A DNA stretch of 64,000 nucleotides from Eledone cirrhosa (Eukaryota), in NCBI GenBank assembly GCA_964016885.1, contig OZ024743.1:163742001-163806000 (forward strand), in the 5' to 3' direction. The notes under the pieces were generated by a model. That model made no database searches. It was not told where the DNA came from and saw only the letters and a list, made by a program, of their open reading frames with translations. Within the stretch, counting starts at the first letter, position 1. Each line of letters starts with the position of its first letter. The translations under genes and the position numbers were made by a program. This document shows, piece after piece, positions 62,200 to 64,000 of this stretch.

Positions 62200-63554
62200 C
62201 TTCTTCTTCACCCACTTATTCCTGAGAGAGTCATGGGGGCAGAGTCCTCAAACACTCCTTCCAGCAGGTCCTGTCAGAAGCAACCGTCTCCAACTGATCT
62301 GGCTGGATCCTCAAGCGTGACCAGTCAAGTTCATGGATGTTATCCAACCATCTTGCTCTGGGTCTCCTGCCGGTTGGTTTTGCCAATAAAATCTGTCCAG
62401 CGATTCTTTCCTGAAACATTCTGATCACATGTCCATAGTATCGAAGCTGTGATCTCTCAATCCGGAGAAGTAGCAGCTCTACCTGGAGAGACTCTCTGAT
62501 CTCCGAGTTACGCATTTTATAGAGTAACGTTATTCCAAAGACCCTTCAGAGGAATCTAGTTTCGGCCGCTTGTATTCACAATCTTTCGGTCATTACCCAA
62601 GATTCATGACCAAAGGTAAGGGTTGGCACGAAAACCGAATTGTTGATAGCGAGTTTGGCTTTTACACCTACCTCCCTTCTTCTGATTACTGAATTCTGAA
62701 GCTGGCGCATTACTGCACCAGATTTTACGATTCTTGCATTTAATTCAGTCTCCTACCTTCCATGGACCTCCATTCAGTGGAACTCCATTCACATGTAGCA
62801 GGTACTGTGCGGGCTTCCTTGAGAGGACAAGTGTCTCATTTTGCAGCACTGATCTTCATTCCAGCCATGCAGCACTCGGCATCAAACCTATCAAGTGTAA
62901 GTTGAAGATCATCTTCCGTCAAGTTAAGTAACACCGTGTCTGCAAATTCCAGCTGACTGATTTTACACCTGCCACTTATGATACCACTTCCAGCCTGGCT
63001 GTGCATATCAATCCTGTTTGTGTAAATAATGAACAGGTGAGGTGACAGTATGCACCCTTGGCTGAGTCTGACTCCTACATTGAATGGTTTTGACTTAGCA
63101 CTGTTTATCCAAACACAAATATTCAAGTATTTGTATAGAGACATCAGGGCAGCAGGAAGCTGACCGTCAATTCCATACTCCTGCACAGCCTTCCACAGTA
63201 GGCCCCGTGGAACACAGTCATATGCCTTTTCAAGGTCAACAAAACATGAATATACTTCTTGGCAATACTCCCACGATTTCTCGAATACCCGCCACAGTTT
63301 GAATATTTGGTCAGCTGTGCTGCGTTCGGGTGAAAACCACACTGTTCATCAACTAGCTTGGGCTCGACTATCCCCCTGCATTTCATTGCCAGACACTTAG
63401 CATAGACTTTACTGAGGAGGCTTAACAAGGAGATTCCTCTGTAATTGGAACAATCTCTTTGTTTCCCTTTTTGAAAATTGGGATTATAACTTCTGATTGC
63501 CATTGCTTAGGTTCCTTTTCTAGTGATACAGGCCACCTGGCACACATAAGTCAA
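62200..63554 (-). mobile_element. RTE family C, 5'-truncated
   Basis: NYRGISLLSL, FVDLEKAYD, QGCILSP, RSQLRYYGHV; GAA tail. Confidence 0.9.
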
Positions 63555-64000
63555 CCATAAGTCAACCATAAGCCACCTGGCACACATAAGTCAAAAATGA
63601 ATGTGTAGGACGTGTGAAGGTACCTAGTTTTCTGGTTAGTCTGTTGTCTCATGAGTGTAAATTTGTGAGTTCAATTCTTGGCAGTCTGTTATGTCCTTCC
63701 TGCAAGTCATTCTATTTCACATTGCTTCAAACCACTCTTTTGGTAAAAAGTAAACTGTATTTGTAATTCAAAAGGACAGTCTTCCTTGTCATATATACAC
63801 TGTGTCATGCTGAATCTCTTTGAGAACTATGTTAAGGATACATGTATCTGTGGAATGCTTGGCCACTTGCATGTTAATTTGACAATGGAAAAATTGAGAG
63901 ACTTGTTATCAGAATCAACAGAGTAGAGAGTGAGTTAGAAAAAACAATAGAATTCAGAACAAAATGTTGTGCCATATCTAGTTATGTCACTGTATCTTTT

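Overview
Eukaryotic, AT-rich and almost entirely transposon-derived DNA with no recognisable host protein-coding exon. The SINE/RTE repertoire resembles that of octopods, but the organism is inferred, not shown. Contents: (1) a full-length CsRn1/Kabuki-type Ty3/Gypsy element (603-5536, minus; 356-bp LTRs, ATCT TSD, intact gag, -1 slippery site, broken pol) inside a CR1-like LINE, plus a solo LTR of the same family (36650-37005); (2) many RTE LINE copies of at least four families, two of which carry a C4HC3 PHD finger inside ORF2; (3) a near-intact DD37D (maT) transposon (23750-25054); (4) decayed mariner, piggyBac, hAT, Helitron, Tx1/L1, RLE-type and Penelope elements; (5) tRNA-derived SINEs and microsatellites. 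The most interesting signals are the PHD-in-RT LINEs, a pre-tRNA-Asn/RTE-tail chimera, about nine minimal hammerhead-ribozyme motifs, strict ATTAT targeting by one SINE family, a 1.2-kb inversion with a 21-bp inverted duplication, a VNTR inside a shared LINE/SINE 3' module, and two palindromes. All alignments were made by eye, and boundaries of decayed elements are approximate.
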